Assembly (NCBI GenBank): GCA_963768425.1
Contig: CAVYHV010000015.1
Location: 63,620-127,619 of the forward strand
From: Candidatus Bathyarchaeota archaeon
GTDB lineage: Archaea; Thermoproteota; Bathyarchaeia; Bathyarchaeales; Bathycorpusculaceae
Reading direction: 5' to 3'
DNA length: 64,000 nucleotides
The stretch's first letter is position 1, and each line of letters begins with the position of its first letter. Both the position numbers and the translations under genes were made by a program. Positions 61,323 through 64,000 of this stretch are shown here, one piece after another. The notes below the pieces were generated by a model. The model searched no databases. It was given only the letters and a program-made list of their open reading frames with translations, and was not told the DNA's origin.

Positions 61323-61890
61323 TTATTTCTTTACCCAAACATGGGTGATTTCCCCAAATACATATTTGCGATAATCGTTTGCTTCTTTGTAAGCTTCGTT
61401 TATAGTAGTCTTTAGCTTCTTGTGTGTAAAAATCATTGGGATTGGGGGTAGTAAGTTCCGTTAATTTACATTCAATAATTAGTCTGGCTTCTTTGAAAGA
61501 CATATCTCCGGAAGGAGTTTGAACACTTGTCAATTCAACTTCTTTCATTTTCTCACTATCTCTTCCTGATTTACTTCCCAAAAAGAGTATTTGTTCCTTA
61601 TATTCATTCGGGAAGTAAGACATCGTATATGTTTGCTCTTTTTGAATCATTTCAAGCGTATAACGGTCTGCTCGAAGAATACACCAAGTGGTGGGTTTCT
61701 TGAAAAGAAGCCCCAAACCACCCCCACTGGCTGTCATGGAATTATAATGATCTTCCTTGCCTGCAGTAATAACCGGAAAAACTTTTCCTACCAACGTAAA
61801 TACATTGTCGCATATCTCTTCCGGAGAAATTTGTTTAAATAATTGATCAAAATTCATCTCTTTGACATTTACATGATTTGTTTTTTTCAT
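61323..61890 (-). CDS. Flavin reductase-like protein (one +1 frameshift at ~61404)
   Basis: ITAG....YNSMTAS.GG, RYT, GSKSGRD..K, IIECK; shifted frame gives DYRKYVFGEITHVWVKK*. Confidence 0.85.
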
Positions 61891-61971
61891 ATTAAACCCC
61901 TTATATAAATTATAATCCTCCTTAAATTACTCTTGACATCTTTAGTTTAAGGTTTGATGGAAATTCAATGT

Positions 61972-62021
61972 GATAAGACAGTGTCACCAACCTGTTTCAA
62001 AACTTAACATCGGGACATGGC
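61972..62021 (+). mobile_element. Shorter IS right-end relic
   Basis: DKTVSPTCFKT*, then TCGGGACATGGC; flank AGCGCGTT. Confidence 0.75.
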
Positions 62022-62027
62022 AGCGCG

Positions 62028-63146
62028 TTAAGGTGAATATGCTTCAAGATTCGTTGAAAAAATGAATTGATCTTGTGGATCAGTTAGGTATTGAGGCGTT
62101 CCAAAAGTCTGATAAGTGTAAACGTTTACAACAGGCTTGGCTGGGTTGCTCATTTCGAAAGTATATATTCGGGCGCATGCGGCGCCTTGTTGGTTGTCTA
62201 ATCCTTGCCTGTTGAAGAAAATCTCTTCTCTATTCCCTACTTTATGGTTGTATGCTGTACCTGAAGTAGTAGCGTGCCCATTTAATGTCATAAATACGTT
62301 CGGATAGCTGTTTAGCAACTTTTCAAAGTTGTTCGCCCACGTTGCATCTGTGGCTTTTAAGGTACCGTAAGTTCCAGCGCCATTAAGAAAATTATGTGTC
62401 GCAACAATTACGTTAACATTCGGGTTATCTCTGATAAGCATCTGCATCCAATCTAAAACCGTTACGTTTGCATTGTATTCAATGTTAATGACCATAAAAT
62501 GATAAGTAGCGTAATTGAACTGTACCGCTGTGCTTTTGCCGTCGAAAATATCTCCAACCCAGTAAGGCTCATGTTGCATAGTTGTCACGTTAAAAGCAGG
62601 GTAGTTGCCGCCTAACCATGAGCCATTAGGGTTCCCGCCGCCACCTTCCGTTGTGCTATTAAGTTGGTCGTGGTTTCCAGCATCCCAACAGTAAGGTATC
62701 CCATTGTTGTAAAGCGTCATCATTGCATTGCTAGCGTTTCGCCATTCAGTCGCGGAATTGGCGACATTCACAATATCACCTGTATGAATAACCATAGTAA
62801 GATTCAAAGCGTTCGCCTTATCTGCAATCCAACTGGTTAACCCGCTGTATAAGCTTGGATACCATTCGCTCAAATATTGAGTATCCGTAATCTGGATTAC
62901 GCTAAATCCATCAACGATCCTGTTCGGATCTAACGAAAGTTGGCTACTCAAGTTTGTTATAGTCGTATTCATATTTGCTGTTTTTGAGTTCAACGAATTA
63001 ATTGCTGATTTATCCGATGATATTTGGCTCTGAAGATTTACAATTTGAGCTTCAAAGGCACCAGCAAGTATCACCATTAGAACCACGCACAAAACGCCGA
63101 TTTCCACGGTAAACTTTCTACTTACAACCTTCTTTTCGCCAGTCAA
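62028..63146 (-). CDS. Membrane-anchored calcineurin-like metallophosphoesterase
   Basis: N-terminal TM and coiled coil; TDTQ, HTGDIV, GNHD, TH, NGH. Confidence 0.9.
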   Translation of the reverse strand: MTGEKKVVSRKFTVEIGVLCVVLMVILAGAFEAQIVNLQSQISSDKSAINSLNSKTANMNTTITNLSSQLSLDPNRIVDGFSVIQITDTQYLSEWYPSLYSGLTSWIADKANALNLTMVIHTGDIVNVANSATEWRNASNAMMTLYNNGIPYCWDAGNHDQLNSTTEGGGGNPNGSWLGGNYPAFNVTTMQHEPYWVGDIFDGKSTAVQFNYATYHFMVINIEYNANVTVLDWMQMLIRDNPNVNVIVATHNFLNGAGTYGTLKATDATWANNFEKLLNSYPNVFMTLNGHATTSGTAYNHKVGNREEIFFNRQGLDNQQGAACARIYTFEMSNPAKPVVNVYTYQTFGTPQYLTDPQDQFIFSTNLEAYSP

Positions 63147-63537
63147 AATTTCAGCCTCTTCCTCTGTCCTATACCGCCACGGTACTGTTTGCGTGCAATT
63201 TGTTTTTAATTTTGCTCAAAACACGATTTGCAGTGCTCACTAGCGTTTGTCTTTTGCGTGTCCATTCGGCAAGAGCAAAGCGGAGCGAGCGGTAATTGTT
63301 TGACTTTGCTTTTTCTTTTATTGTTGCTTTTAGGTTTTTGGACACTATGAATTTAGCCAGCGTGAATGTTAAACTTGCGGTTTTTGCGTCTTTAGATTGC
63401 ATGTATTTGAACTAATGTGCTAACCGCTTTTATAACTAATCACCAGAACGGTTGTACTCAAAATTAGAACATACTCTAAATGATTAGGGACTACACGCCC
63501 AAGTCTTAAATCTGAATGACATAAATATAGAATATCA

Positions 63538-63747
63538 ATGTCAAACAAATCCAATTATTTCGACAAAAAGTTTCTTTATTCTATGCTAATTGGCTTGTTT
63601 CTTCTGCTATTATTCCTGTTTCCATTTACTCATGCACAAGCTAGTGAATGGACGACCTCAGAAACCAATCAAATATATTTTGTCATAGCTATTCTAATTA
63701 TCTTAATTTTGTACATCTTCTATAGATGGAGAAAAAGAAATCCCTGA
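63538..63747 (+). CDS. Small two-TM hypothetical protein
   Basis: Signal-like segment, TM and basic tail RWRKR. Confidence 0.5.
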   Translation: MSNKSNYFDKKFLYSMLIGLFLLLLFLFPFTHAQASEWTTSETNQIYFVIAILIILILYIFYRWRKRNP

Positions 63748-64000
63748 TTGGTGGCAAAGACATAAGCGATTAAGTTAGGGAAATAGAAGCGTCAAGTTAG
63801 TGGTTTTTCGATGCCTTCTATAATATAATGTACAGACAGCGACAGACGCTTCTTGTTAAGCCGTTATGATTTTTTGGATAGCACCCAACGTAGGCATATC
63901 AGTCAGGTGTACGCCCAAAGCCAACTGTTAAATATTTCTTTTCATCCACAGTATGACTTTTTTTATGTTCAATTTATTAGATGGGGATGTTGCATTATTC

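Noticed and set aside
50194-62030. ~55-bp repeat downstream of three genes as integron attC sites
   Set aside because: No attC-type internal symmetry or integron integrase; the repeats translate to the same transposase-like C-terminus plus TIR
63169-63402. 77-aa basic ORF
   Set aside because: No motif; may be the upstream region of the phosphoesterase gene

Overview
Archaeal chromosomal window, most consistent with Bathyarchaeia (inference from TBP, TFS, pelota, archaeal RNase P RNA, Cren7-like proteins, methanofuran genes and secreted beta-propeller/cohesin proteins). Core content: a clustered methanofuran operon (mfnBADFE) with a divergent HisA-like gene, rnpB, ncsA, tbp, pelA, a K+-independent H+-PPase, proBA, and a complex I-like operon (A-B-CD-H-I-J-K-L-M-N) whose large subunit keeps both NiFe-binding motifs (group 4 hydrogenase). 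Structure not shown by the ORF track: (1) a 25-bp duplication of the rnpB 3' end bracketing a two-gene segment, like an att pair; (2) a 573-bp transposase-less element with bipartite TIRs and an 8-bp TSD just upstream of tbp; (3) a 302-bp internally deleted IS plus two further right-end relics of the same IS, all beside near-palindromic 8-mers; (4) two ~130-bp direct repeats with a 12-bp palindrome and 13-bp iteron-like units flanking a nitroreductase-ADH pair; (5) a dockerin/HTH/cohesin locus with a 23-bp palindrome; (6) three small genes below the ORF cutoff. Eleven single-base frameshifts split otherwise intact genes and are probably assembly errors. All family assignments come from motif recognition; no searches were run.
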